Part shown: piece by piece, positions 38,769 through 56,502 of the stretch
Position numbering within the stretch: position 1 is the stretch's first letter
Layout: each line of letters starts with the position of its first letter
Source of the DNA: Paramecium tetraurelia
Taxonomy: Eukaryota
DNA: 64,000 bases
NCBI GenBank assembly: GCA_000165425.1
Contig: CT868130.1
Location: 248,001-312,000, forward strand
Direction of reading: 5' to 3'
Position numbers and translations under genes: made by a program
Notes under the pieces: generated by a model
The model's input: the letters and a program-made list of their open reading frames with translations, nothing else
Databases searched by the model: none
What the model was told of the DNA's origin: nothing

Positions 38769-40147
38769 AATCTTCTGAATTAATTCTAAAATCTTAAATT
38801 TATTAATGAAAGTATTTTAATAATTTCAAATGAGTCATTAAACATAACAATAGTAATCACTTACATTCTGGACTTTATAAATTAATATTTTAAATAACAA
38901 CATACCATAAATATATATAAATAAATAAAATATTATTAAGATCATCCTTCTTATTTAAAGGAGACCTGGGCGCAAGTATAAAATATTATACATTATCTAA
39001 AAATAAAGAGACATATTTCATTAATTCTCAAATCCGTACATGAAAACTTAAGCAAAAATATAAAGATATTAACTAAAATCCAGTTCATTAAGATTTCTGA
39101 ATAACATCCAAAACATTTAATTGAACATTTAGGAATATAGTTAACAGCAGATCTTCATTTAAAACAACTTTCTAGATATAAATAGTAATGAATTCTTTAA
39201 ATTCTAACATCTTAAAGTAACATAGTATGATAGCTTTAATCACTTATCAAACATTGTACATTCTTATTTTTTGTTTAGTTAGTAGTAATATTTTTAGTTG
39301 CTTTCATATTAAAATTGTTACAACTTTATTTGATTATTAAGTAAAATTATTTAATCTTATTATTTTTTATTACATATTTTAGTAACTTAAATAATAATTA
39401 TTGTATAATAGAAATATTATATGAAAACAAGAAAATCCTTAATAAATAATTCACTATTCAATTATTAACTGTAAAAAATAAAACAATTGGTTCTATATGA
39501 ATCAAATGGAGAGGAAAATGGAATTAATTTCAAATATATATTCCTATAATTAAAAAAAGGGAATTATTATAAACTGAACTATCATCTTACTCAAATATTA
39601 TGTTATTATATGATGCTAAGATAATTTTCTATCATTAATAATCAATATGTAATAATAATTTCCAAAATTATACCTGCATCTTGATAAATCAATAATATTA
39701 AAGAGTATCATAATCTAGAAGACTATTTTATTAGAGTATATAAAAATATTATAGAAATCTTTGAAGATATGGTTTTGATTTATGAATTTGAGTTAAAGAG
39801 GTCGAAATTGATATACAAGTTGGTTGGTAGTTTAATTGAAGCGAAATATAATTACAAAAAGTATTTAATTTATGATAATTATTATATCATATTGAAATCG
39901 TCATACTATTTTATAAAATTGAAGAATCACAACGCTTCCATTATTAATCATAAAAATAATTTGATTAATTTACTCTTTATTCGGTATAATAGATTTATTA
40001 ATGTTTTGGGGCCTTCCTTTACATTCTTAAATTTCTATCTATTTTTATAAATTAAAAATTTAACACTCAACTATTTCAAAATATCTTTAAAATCCATTTA
40101 ACCAACTACTACTGATATTATTTATATATACATTTTATTTCAAAAAT

Positions 40148-43100
40148 ATGAAACCAAATCAATTAGAAAATTTGGGAACTGATTAAGAAAATTGTATTAA
40201 TTATAACTCAACCAATATCTTAGGCAATCATACTTTGCATGGTTAATCAGGTAGATTATTACTTGGCAGTGGTTAGAAATCAAATTATCAAATGGTTACC
40301 AAGATTAAACAAAATTTAAAAAGCAACTAGGAATCCTAGAAACCAATCAGAGCTTCAGATTTATTAACAGACAAGTCGTATTGATAATTGAATACTCTAG
40401 GCAGTCTATAGGGAACTTTGGAAAACATTCTCAAGTGTAATTGTCACATTATGGTCCTTATTACGCAGGAAAACCACCTAAGAATAAAAAAAACTTTGAT
40501 GAAAGTCCTTTTCTCATGGATTCCCAATTAGAAGAAGACACAGAAGGATTCAGCAATAAAGCTTGGAAGAAATATCCTTTAGAAATTTTAATGATAATCC
40601 TAAGGTTTATTAGTTTCATCACAAAATCAAACTTTGCCACTAGTTTTAGATTGGTCAATAGAAATGTTTTTGAAATTGTAGGGGATAAGGCAGCTTACTT
40701 CCGATATTACTTGTTTAATGATTATCTCAAATATGAAGTATTGATTTATTTTAATTAAGAAACCTAGCCCTTATGAAAAAATGAAATATTAATTGAACCA
40801 GCAAGTTTTTGTGCCTTTAAGAAAAATGAAGGTTTATAATTTCTTAAGCAAAAATAAATTAATATTGAGACCAGAATCTTTTACCTCGATTGCTTGGAAT
40901 ATTTACATATTAACAATCCTCAACATGAATGTCTTGTATGTGAGTGCAAGAGTTTCTTTTAAGTTCGACACAAGCAATTCATTCGATGATAGTTTTTAGT
41001 AATTCAGATAGATACTATTTGATGTCTTACCCTCTTACTCATTTATTCTGGAAATACTATTCAAGTTCAATACTTGTTATTATTATAAGGGAACAGTGAT
41101 AGAAAACAGATATTAGATAGCCAAGAATTATCTGCGCACATGTAAAAATATAATTAGATTATTTTATAGCATTTTTTTTTGATGTTTTCGTCATAATCCC
41201 ATTCTTTTTAAGTTTAAGATTTTAAGTGGATTACTTGGACTTAGTGTTGATTCTGAAGGTATTTCAGATCAAAAAGTTTAGTGGTCATTTATTTGATAGA
41301 CTAGAATTAACAACAAATCAAATTGCCATATTTGACCTCGTAAAATTAGGATATACAATTCTCGCTGTTGCTCATTTTTGTGCTTGTCTTTGGTTTTTGG
41401 TAGGTTCGACAGGAAATGATTAAATTTCTTGGGTTCTTAAAAACAATCTCGTTGATGAACCTTGGCATACTCAATATCTAACATCCTTTTATTTCAGTAT
41501 TGTTACGATGACAACAATAGGATATGGAGATATCACTCCTTTAAATTTAAGGGAGAGGATTTTTACAATCTGTATGACTGTAGCTGCTGTTGGTATATTT
41601 GGATACTCTATTGGTAATATCAATAGTATCTATGCTGAATGGAGTAGAAAGAGTTATGAATTTAGATAGAATATGAATGCTTTAAAAAAGTATATGAGAT
41701 TAAAAGGATTGGATAAGCATTTGGCAGAAAAGATTAGAAAATATTTTGAGTATGTTTGGTGTGATGCAGAGGAAGAAAATGATAGAGAAGCTTTTAAATT
41801 TGCTGAACAAATCCCTACTTAATTATTGGAGGAAATGAAAATAGACATCAATATGAAAGTCGTTAAAAGAATCAGCTTTTTGACTCAAAACTTTAGTGAA
41901 TAATTCTTAATCTAATTATCGAAAAACCTTATAGAGGAAAAATATGCCCCAGAATAAATCATTTACAAAGTAATTACTTATCTAAAACTATTAGTAAAAT
42001 GAGGAAAGTGATTTTCTTTACATTTTATAGAAGGGAGAGTTATAATTTTATATAAATTTAAGAAACAAATAAGAATAGCAAAAGGTCTTAGAATCAATTT
42101 CAGGAGAGTCTTTGCCATTTGGAGTTCTAGAGTTCTTTTAAAAATAGAACTATCAAGTCTCATGCAAATCAACTTAATTCACTTATGTACTTAAAATACA
42201 CAGAAGTCAATTCATTGAGCTTTTATTATAAAATTCAAAAGATTATGTAAGAATTTATCATATGCTTTCAGTCTACATTTTGTCAAATGAAAGATCAAGT
42301 CATATTCCTTAATAAATAAGATATCGTTGATGTCACCTGTCGAGCATGCAACAAAACTACTCATGTAATTAAAGAGTGCCCAATGGTTTGTGGATACCCA
42401 AACAGAGCAAAAGTCTTATTAAATTACCGTAGAAATGTACCTTCAGATAGAAAGAGCTATAAAAGAACCTTGAATAGAAGGATTGATACACTTATGGAAT
42501 CACATGATGTAAAGAATAGCATATTACTATTTATATGCAAGAACAAATTAATAGATGATCTCTAGTAATCCAATGGTATATCATTATATTAAAAATAGAA
42601 AATAAAAACGAAAATGAATCTGACATTGAAAGTAATGAATCCTTAAAGATTGGATATAATCTGACAATATCCTAGTAAATTGACTCAAAAAGGCCACTTT
42701 CATTTTAAGGCTGCAATGATGCCCTCTAGGATGATGAATTAGTAATTATTGTCTTAATATTTTAGTAATCAAAAATTAAAGAAATAGTTAAATATTTAAA
42801 AAAAAAATAGCCTACCTACTCTCGCTAAGAAAGCAAAACGTTTATAAAATAGGAGGAAAAAACTCAAAACTTTAATTTCTTAATGACAGGTTCTGATAAA
42901 TCTAATTAATTGCTTCCCTAATAATTATCAAGTGGATCTGAGTAAGCCTATCAAGATTCAAATAAAAGAGGGTCAAGAGCGTTAATGCCAAAATATAAAA
43001 ATTTGATTGACGTTATTATTCAAGGAACAATGATTGCATCACCTAACAAAATTCTAATATCTGAATAGGCTGAACAAGAGGAAGAGCCAGGTAAAATTAG

Positions 43101-43221
43101 AGGGCAATACATTGAAATATTTGAGGGATTTGAGCAATATAAGAACTTTGACAATTATTTAAAGCATAATAATCTTGGGTTAATTATAAAGTTGAGAGAA
43201 CGCAAGAAATACAAGAGATGA
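40148..43221 (+). CDS. K+ channel with cyclic-nucleotide-binding domain (EAG/HCN/CNG-like)
   Basis: AHFCACLWF, YLTSFYFSIVTMTTIGYGDITP pore, C-linker KYMRLKGLDKHLAEKIRKYFEY, CNBD FGVLEFF, CRACNKTTHVIKECP. Confidence 0.93.
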
Positions 43222-43274
43222 TTTATCAATATAGATATTATAAATATTTAATTTTTTTGATTGCATACTTTTAT

Positions 43275-43763
43275 TCATTCTATTTTGGGTTTTTCTTAAG
43301 TTTTTTCTTTCTCAGTTGAGATAGCTTAGACCTTTGGGCTTATCAAGCCATCACATATTGCCCCACTTATTGCAAGGAATAAAATAGCCCCTAAGATGAC
43401 TTAATTACCACCAAATCTTTCAGATTTATATAATATATGGTTATAATTAATTGCAGCATAGAAAAATAAGACAGGAATTTGAAGAATATATAGAATTGCA
43501 ATTCTAATTGTTAATAACAAATACCGATTTATTGTTATAAATGAACATGCAATAAAAACATATCCAAGCACATTCCTCATTTAAAGATACAAATCAACGT
43601 TACCAAGGATTGAATTTTCTAATCTAGCTGTTTCTCTTGCCATTCTTTCAAATTTTTCCTATCAGTAGATAGCATTTAATACTTATCCCCAAGGATCCAA
43701 TAATAGGCTCATTCCTATAATTCCTAATCCAAATCCAAAAAACAAAGATGAAAGTCTTTACAT
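43275..43763 (-). CDS. Small multi-pass membrane protein with C-terminal KxKxx (KPKIE) ER-retrieval-like motif
   Basis: MQRLSSLFFGFGLGIIGMSLLL..., about 4 hydrophobic segments, one 24-nt intron. Confidence 0.65.
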
Positions 43764-43975
43764 AATACAAATAATTATAATTAATATTTTAATTGTGTTT
43801 GATTCAATTTTAAGCTTAATTAAAAGCAGGCAGGATTATTAAATTATTGTTTTGTAAAGGATTTAAATCAAAGAACATTGATATTACTAATATATACATT
43901 TTTTGTTAATAAAAGTTACATATGTCGATAAAAGTTTTCATAAGGATTAATTATATATACAATTCTTATTTAAAC

Positions 43976-45438
<1,463 letters not shown>

Positions 45439-45456
45439 ATAAATTATTCTTAATTA
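45439..45456. promoter_or_regulatory. 18-nt spacer between divergent start codons (CK1 / USP); presumed bidirectional initiation region
   Basis: CAT at 45436-45438 and ATG at 45457-45459 flank an almost pure A/T spacer. Confidence 0.5.
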
Positions 45457-48624
<3,168 letters not shown>

Positions 48625-48802
48625 TTAATATATATATATTCATTCAATATCATAAATTTAATTTAATTAATATTATTAAACGATGATAATCATCCAGAGT
48701 TTTCATTGAATTTTCTTCATTTATTCTTATTAAAGCACATATTAAATGATATTGTATTTGCCCTTTTGATTTATAAATTATTTTTCAATTATTTCTTAAA
48801 TT

Positions 48803-49774
48803 ATGATATTGCCTGATAAACTTATTTAGAAAGCGAAATCAGAATTAAAGAATTGGAATTAAACGTCTTTAAGTGTCTTAGAAATGAGTCATAGATCAGC
48901 AGAATACCTATCAATCCATAACAAATTGCTGAGTGATTTAAGAATGCTATTTAATATTCCTAAGAATTACTAAGTAATGCTGATGCAAGGTGGAGCCACT
49001 TTGTAGTATTCAGCCATACCAATGAACTTATTAAATAAGAATCAAACCGCCGGATATATAATCACTGGAAAGTATAGTTAATAAGCTTACGAAGAGGCAA
49101 AAAAATTTTGTGATCCTAAAATTATTGCACTAGGAGAAGTTCCTCATTAAGATATCGCTTATGTATTTTATGTTGATAATGAAATGGCTGAAGGAATATA
49201 AATTAATTAGCTTCCTCATTGTGATGATAAGATAGTTGTCTGTGATATGACATCAAGTTTTGGATCTAAAATTATAAATGTTGATAAATTTGGATGCATT
49301 TTTGCCTCTTTATAATATAATTTGGGCATTCCTGGATTATGTATTGTCATCATTAAAGATGAATTGATTGGATAAAGTGACAGGACTATTCCTTCCATGG
49401 CTGACTATCAAATAATGAAAAAGAATAATAGCATATATAATACTATCCCATGCTATAATGTTTATATATCAGGATTACTAACTGAATAATTGTTGGAAAT
49501 TGGATTAAAGTAAGTTGAATAAGAATAACTAAATAAATCAAGGTTTATCTATGACTTTATCGATAAAAACTAGGACCGATTCTCTTGTCACTGCAGCATT
49601 ACCAATTTAAGAAGCAATAATTCTATTGTGTTTTATTCAAAAACTGATCTCCATACCACTAAATTATTAAATTCCGACATTACATTTGTTGAGGGAAATA
49701 AAATAACTATCCAAATTACCATCCATACTACAATATAGCAATTAGAATAAATTTGTTCATAATTGATATTATGA
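48803..49774 (+). CDS. Phosphoserine aminotransferase (SerC/PSAT1)-like protein, divergent, PLP lysine missing
   Basis: SVLEMSHRS, MQGGATLQYSAIPMNL, ITGKYS, NEMAEG, VCDMTSS, FASLQYNLG (canonical AQKN), SIYNTIP. Confidence 0.85.
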
Positions 49775-49869
49775 TAAAATATTATGTATAATTAATTTAA
49801 AATCAATTCAAGAGTTGTTTTCTAATGGTTTTTAAATGTTTATATTAAATTTATTATATTCAGTAAACA

Positions 49870-50649
49870 ATGGACATTCCAAAAAGAACAGAACATAGAC
49901 CTCCCAGGCCTCCTGTACCTAAGTTCAGACATATTGGAGCAGGAACTGATTCACCTGATTTCCTCCCTCCCCCAAAAACTGAAGAATCCTCTTTTATTGC
50001 ATTATCCTTTGATAATACGTCTGAAACCTCAATAGAAGATTTTAATGAATCATATTTTACTAGAAAAAGAATATCTGCTATTGTAGAAGAAATAACCAAT
50101 TAAATTGCTTTATTGGGATTAAGTGAAGATCTTTTAAAAATAGGACTATCTTTATTAAAATCTGAATTGCTTGAGGGTTTGAAATCGAAAAAGTATAAAG
50201 CTATTGCTGTTGCAATCATCATAGCATCTTTGAAATAGATTAATGCTCCAATAACATAAAAAGAAATACTATCTAAGACATCTGTCTCTGAGAAATAAAT
50301 AAAGAAAATTCTTTTATAGATTCATAATCCATATAATTTATAGGCTATTGTTTATTCATTCATTAAATAGATTTCAAGTTAAATTGGACTTAACGATAAA
50401 TTCATTACCTTTTGCCTTTAAATGTTTAATGAAATAAATCTAAGAAGTCTCATTTAAGGTGAACATGAAAATGTAATAGCTGGAGCCATTATCAAATATT
50501 GTGGTGATATTATATTTGCAGACAGAGGAGGGATCATAGCACAAGTGATAGCAGACAATGCCAAATGCAGTCTTGGACCATTAAAGAACTTTCTTAAAAA
50601 AATTGAATAAAACTTACCTTTAACTTATTCAGTTTAGTAAATAGGATGA
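49870..50649 (+). CDS. TFIIB/BRF core (two cyclin-fold repeats)-like protein lacking the zinc ribbon
   Basis: Repeat 1 KSKKYKAIAVAIIIASLKQINAPITQKEILSKTSVSEKQIKK; repeat 2 FIKQISSQIGL..GEHENVIAGAII..IAQVIADNAKCS; Pro-rich N-terminus with no Cys. 780 nt, intronless. Confidence 0.65.
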
Positions 50650-50802
50650 TTATATCAATATACTTAAATTATTTAAATATTTTGAATCTATATCATTTCT
50701 TTTTCACTTTTAGTTCTTAGGTTTAATTTTATATCAAAAAAACATTTATAAAATAACTAATAATTAATTCTTGTTTTCAATATGTTATTTAAACTTATAA
50801 TT

Positions 50803-51374
50803 TCAATATTCATATGTTTTATTTCCAATATAGAAATCTTTTAAGAACTCACTCTTTCCTTTGAGTTTTTGATTTTCTAAGTATGAATATCCAGCATCAG
50901 ATCTATTTTGATTAGCAAAGTATTAGAATAAATGATCTCTATTTAACATATGCCATTCAGCTTGGTAGAGTAGTTCATATCCTCTATAAACCTATGAATA
51001 TCAAAAGGGAATTCTAACCCATCTATCAACTGCATCTGGATCTCTTAAGTATGCTCTTTTTCTGATGACATTTGCAACATTGAGCATTGCTTATTATGAA
51101 TTGCAAGTGACTTCCATATCATGAATTCTCAACAAAAATGGAATAAGACGACAAACTTTTCTATAAAATCTTAAGACTTTGAAATGGGCTTATATAATAT
51201 TTTTTGATGGTCTTCCAGTCGTAAGCCCTTCAAAGATTTCTGTTCCTCTCATGGTAATATTATTTCCACCATATTACTAGCTTAAATTGAAGCATTTACT
51301 TTTCCTCTAGATCCATGGGTTCCTATTTCAGGAAATAGATTTAGATTGCTTGTAAAGTTTTAATTTTAATTCAT
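50803..51374 (-). CDS. NDUFA6: Complex I LYR-family accessory subunit NDUFA6 (B14)
   Basis: KVLRFYRKVCRLIPFLL..RDPDAVD..RGYELL..HLFQYF..EFLKDFYIGN matches the NDUFA6 pattern; one intron. Confidence 0.8.
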
Positions 51375-51405
51375 TAATATTTATAATCCAATAAATATCA
51401 AACAC

Positions 51406-52908
51406 TCATTTATCTTTTTTTTGTTTCCATAATTTTAATAAAATCTAATTATTATCTTAATTAATATCCTCTAATCTTCTCCCATTTAATGAACTTCTCC
51501 TTAGGAATATATAAATAAGGGTCCTCCAAACAAGATTTGGCACTCAATCTGAAAATCGAATTCGGATTCATCATTCTACAAATTAATCTTCTTAATTTAA
51601 TAGAATAGAAATCTACTCAATGTAATTTAAGATAAATACCAGATCCAAAATCATTGACAGTCAGTCCTTATCTCAATTTCAGCCATCTCTCCCCACATGT
51701 AGGAAGACTTTCCCCAATCATAATTTCATAAATTGAAGCGCCAAGTGAGAAGATATCTGATTTACTTAAATCAGATTAGGCTGTTAACTAAAATTCTAAA
51801 ATACTATATACATTTGATAAAATTTCAGGAGCTAAATATCGAGAATCTCCTTCATTAATATCTTCTCCTTTTTTTAATTAGGTTAATCTGGATAGCCCTA
51901 GATCAGCTAGTTTATAGCAGCCTTCTGCCTTGCTATATAAGATGTTATCAGGTTTGACATCGAAATGTGTGATCGATTGCTCATGGAGAAATTTCAAGCC
52001 CTATAAGATATCCTTCAAAATCTTCTTAACTTCAAATTCTTCAAGATTTTGGTTTTGTTCTCTTCTTGTTTCCTAATGGATGAAAATAAAGATTACTTAA
52101 AAAGAAGTGACATTGAAATCACAATACTCCATTTATAAGTAGTAATAACATCTTTCATTCCAAGCAGTATAATATCGTATGATGTTTTTACACCTTCCCT
52201 TAGCTGTCAAATAGGCAAGTGCTTGTGCTTCATTAAGTGATTCTGCTGCATCATATGACTTGCCACATCCTTGAAGTTTAACGCATTTAATAGCATAAAT
52301 TTATTTATCAATATTATTTCTGCATTTGTAGACAGTACCAAAATTTCCATTGCCTATCACTGCCAATTAAGTATATTCATTATAATATCTAGATCTCTCA
52401 AAAGTAGGACTCTCTTCTTCTGATTAATCTTCGATATCCATAGCCCAGGCACTTGTCTAAATACTCTTTATTGCACTCTTTCAGTTAAAATATAATATTA
52501 CTTTCTTCTTCTTTGGTGTGGCAGTACCTTGTTTTTAAGCAGTTAATTCTTTATGCGATTTTGTTCCTTTGTTTTTTGGAGTGCTTGGAGGACTTTGATG
52601 GATTTAATCTAATGTCATTTGGTTTTAAAATCTTTGAACCAAGGATGTTCCGATGCAATCATTTTCAGAAGTGCTTGGAGTAATATGTGAATGATGATGC
52701 TTTTATTTGATTGGTGTTTAAGTCTTGATAGGACTAATTATTTATTGATATAGCTCTACATAATCTAGAATTTGAATTATTTTTTTCCTGAATTATTGAA
52801 TTGCTGTATTTGATCGTCAATAATTACTTTCTTACACAATTCTGGTTCCATTTACTATTTTTCAGGAGTGCTAAATAAATTTCTTGCAAGAGGAGATTAA
52901 AAATTCAT
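51406..52908 (-). CDS. WEE1: Wee1/Myt1-family kinase
   Basis: SRYYNEYTQLAVIGNGNFGTVYKCRNNID..YAIK, IIRYYTAWNE, HFDVKPDNIL, KLADLG, EGDSRYLAPE, KSDIFSLG; TP-rich N-terminus. Confidence 0.92.
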
Positions 52909-53518
52909 TTCCGATTTGAATTTGAAAAATGCTACTTTTTATAATTAATTAATTTATGCTATACTAATTACAATATAATTTTTATTTATATTTATATTTC
53001 AATATCTCATGAAGTGAATATTCATTAGGATTTCAAATATGAAACAATTGAATTTATAGATGTTTAAAATATATTGTCATTTTTTTATTCTAAGTTTAGA
53101 GTTTAATATTTGCAAGAAGAAGCTTTATTTATAATACTGTAAAATATATCAACAATCTAGAATCGGAGGGAGTGGATGGGATATAATAGGGTCTATGATT
53201 ATCTGAATAATTAATAATTATTAAACTAATTGTATCATTGTTTATTGAATATAATCAATTTAAAAATATTATACTTCATGTTAATTAATTGTTGCAAGCC
53301 TCAATTTTAAATCTATAAAGAGCCATAATTCAGTAAAGAATCAAATCCTTTACTTTCATTTGGTTATGCTTGCCTAAATTGATTAAATTTAGCAATTGTT
53401 TCAATTTTTCGAAATTGCAAGAATTTTATATGAGTGATCGTTCTGTTCAATGTAGAAATAGCTTCTTTATAGAGCCCAAATAAATTTTTAATATTATTAA
53501 AATTCTAAATAAAAATTA

Positions 53519-54076
53519 ATGAATCGTTAAACAAACTAACCTTCTCACAATTCCTCGACACAACTATACTATTCCTAGTATTTAAAGTAATAATAAGTGA
53601 GTCCAATTGTAGAAAGATTTGTTGGGGATGAAGTTTAAGAGCTTAGAAAATAAGTTGAACAACTCACCAAATAATTAGAATTCAAAGAATAAATGATAAG
53701 TGAAATGAGAGCTCATTAAAAAATATTGATGAATAGATTATCTGAACCAACCCATTATTAAAAAGACAACGTAGTAGAAAAAATAAAGGAATTTGAGATG
53801 CAATTAAAAGAAAAAGAAGTTTAATTTCAAAATTAATTAATTGAAAACAGCTTGCTTGTGAAAGAAAACCAGAGTCTAAAGTAAGAGATCACTCGTTTGG
53901 AAAGCTTAATCAAAGACCCTTCAATATCAAAGTTCGTTAATTCAATAGTGGATCTTGTAATACAGTGTCATCCCTAAAATTATTTTCCAAATTCGAAACC
54001 CGAATTGCGAGAGTGTTGGAGGTGGTTGAAAAAGATTCTCAATGATTACATAAAACTAAAGCAAAGCATGCATTGA
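53519..54076 (+). CDS. 185-aa coiled-coil protein with C-terminal PELRECWRWLKKILNDY motif
   Basis: Intronless ORF of 558 nt in code 6. Confidence 0.75.
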
Positions 54077-54102
54077 TTATTTTATTAAAATTATGAATAT
54101 AG

Positions 54103-54960
54103 ATGGACTTGAAACAATAGTGAATTTCTCAATCAAGAAGTTAGGCAATTGTTGAGAGAACAAAGAACTTAAACAATTGCTTAAACTCAATTAACTAGCC
54201 ATTAAAATCTCAAGAGAACACACAATAATATCTGTCTTGTTGAAGTCTGCTTAAAGGTCAGCACAATCAAAAATTCTAAATTGAATTATCAATTAAAGAA
54301 GATGCTAAATACTACAAAAGAATTGCTTGGTTACTTGGTTTCTAATTATTATACTAAAACAACACCTTTACTTTCTTGATTATAGATAAAACATAAAGAG
54401 AAAAAGCAGAAGTGTATAAACATCTTAAACTTTAAATGAGACTGTTATTTTTTATTAATAAGCCATAAAATTTAATTAAAGTATCTTTGATTACAAAAAC
54501 TACAGTGAAATATGACCTTAAATGATGAAAAATTTAATCATTATTTTCAGTCTTTTTTGAATTTTTCGCTAAAGTGTGTTGATTAGGGAATTATTGAATA
54601 AGTATTAAGTAACAATAATGAATCTTTAATTTAAGAAGATTAACTACAATTATTGTAGCAATTTCAAGTTTACTCATCTAATTGTATCTTAAATTTAGAA
54701 CTCAGTTTTGGAGAATCATCAAAAATTTAAAAGTAATTAGATAAAGAAAATGAGTATTAATAATTTACAGAAATTTAAGGATCGAATAATTTATTATCAA
54801 CATTTAATATTAACATATCGCAGATGAAAACCGAAAGTTTTCTAATAAATTGAATATCTAAGCATTGTTTAGTAAATCTTAATGAAAGAATAGATGAGGA
54901 CTATGAAGCAGTTAATGGATGGATAATAGGCAAGAAATGTAGAGTTTTTTATATTTTATA
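54103..54960 (+). pseudogene. Frameshifted or degenerate hypothetical gene
   Basis: Coding-like segments (NSEFLNQEVRQLLREQRT...; ...ERIDEDYEAVNGWIIGKKC) that do not join into one frame with canonical introns. Confidence 0.3.
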
Positions 54961-54972
54961 CATAATGTACTT

Positions 54973-56458
54973 TCATTACTATTTCACCTTCTTGAATTTT
55001 GAGTTTTATGCTAAATCTTATGGTGCTTATCTTTTATCTTCGTCCTTTTTAGAATTTCTACATCCAGGTAGCTCCTTAAGGTTAAAAGTCTGCTTCTTCT
55101 TAATATTAAGCTTAATTGGAAACTGGCTTAGCTTTTCCTCTTTATGGTGCTTTCACATCTCTATAGTTTACACCTTCCTCCAATTAATGAACTCTCTTTT
55201 CCAAGAATGCTTTGTTGGTGACTCCAAATTCAGCATCTTATCCCTCACCTAGAATACATCAATTATTGAATATACCTAAGGCATCATATCTGATACACAA
55301 GGCAGTTTTGGCAGCTAGGGTTCTGGAGACTTTACCTTTTAATTTAGCAGGGGCACTTCCAACCAAACTGGCTTAGAAGATCAAACCATATTTTGGTGTG
55401 TTATGTTTGGTTCTGATGGCTTTGAACAATGCCTTCTCTGCACCTAAGATTTAAACTGTAGAGGCTGGATATTTAGCTAGATTAACCAGAGATCCAGCAT
55501 GTGATATCAATCTTGCTCCTACTAATTCTCCAACCATGGTGGTAAGATTTGGGGCAATAGCTTACATTCTATTTTTCAGATATTCCGATAATTAGGCTCT
55601 GTAATCGGTCAATTCAATGACTTAGTCAGCCAAACAAAGAATGAATTTTTCATCTTCAAGTGTGATTTCAGTACCAAAAGACACTTCTGCAGCCTATTTG
55701 ACATCTGCCTCTAGATTGTCTGGTAAAATGCCAGAAAGATCAGTCTAGCTTGTCTTGATTCTCATACCAATGGCTTTAACAACCTTAGCATATATGAGGT
55801 TATCTGTCTGATGATTTTTCCTAATTCTGGGAAATGCCATCCGAACCATTCTCTCAGTCTCATCATGTAATTATTAATTTCTTTGTCTAAATCATCAAGA
55901 AGAGCGATGGCTTGGATGATCATGGTGTCTACTTTTTCAGTTGAAAATTTAAGCTTGTATCTAGAGAGACCATGTGCCAAACCCAAGGTCATGTTTTTGA
56001 GTTCAGCTTCACTCAAACCCTCAATTAGATTGGTTAGTTGTGATTTGATGCCTCTAAACAATTACTCTGTCACTGGGGTTTAAATGCAACTCAATCCGAG
56101 CTAATCTTGAAGCTGTTTAGCTAGTTTTTTATCCTAAACTATATTAATATATAATCTATTGATACCTGCTATTTAATCTTGAACTTCCTATGAAATCACA
56201 TTCTTTTCCAAAAACTTACTGAGTTTTTTGGGTATCTTTCCATTGATGAGTTTACTAGTGGCAATGAGAGCTTCTTGGGTATCCTTGAATTGTTGGAAAG
56301 CAAAAGGGGTAATCCTAGGATGATGGGAAGGCTTACAATTTTTTGGCTTGCTTCTCATTTTGCAAGTAATCATAGATGTTCTCAATTTTGTTAAGTGTCT
56401 TAGTGTTAGCCACTTGGAAGAGGGCAAATCCTGCAGGAGTCTCGATTAATATTAACAT
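54973..56458 (-). CDS. NOP58: Nucleolar box C/D snoRNP protein NOP58
   Basis: [98 protein letters not shown]; apparent +2 insertion at ~55807. Confidence 0.96.
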
Positions 56459-56502
56459 ATTAAAATATTTATGAATCTCTGTCCATATATTAATAATTTA
56501 TT

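Noticed and set aside
50803..51374. Initial impression of an MsrA-like reductase
   Set aside because: No GCFWG motif; the sequence fits the LYR-family NDUFA6 pattern.
53290..53500. Short minus-strand TPR-like reading frame (LYKEAISTLNR...)
   Set aside because: No start codon or coherent gene model; at best a relic.
56315..56336. Apparent frameshift near the NOP58 5' end, or a snoRNA-hosting intron
   Set aside because: Explained by a 22-nt GT..AG intron (gtaagccttcccatcatcctag on the minus strand), which is too short to host a snoRNA.
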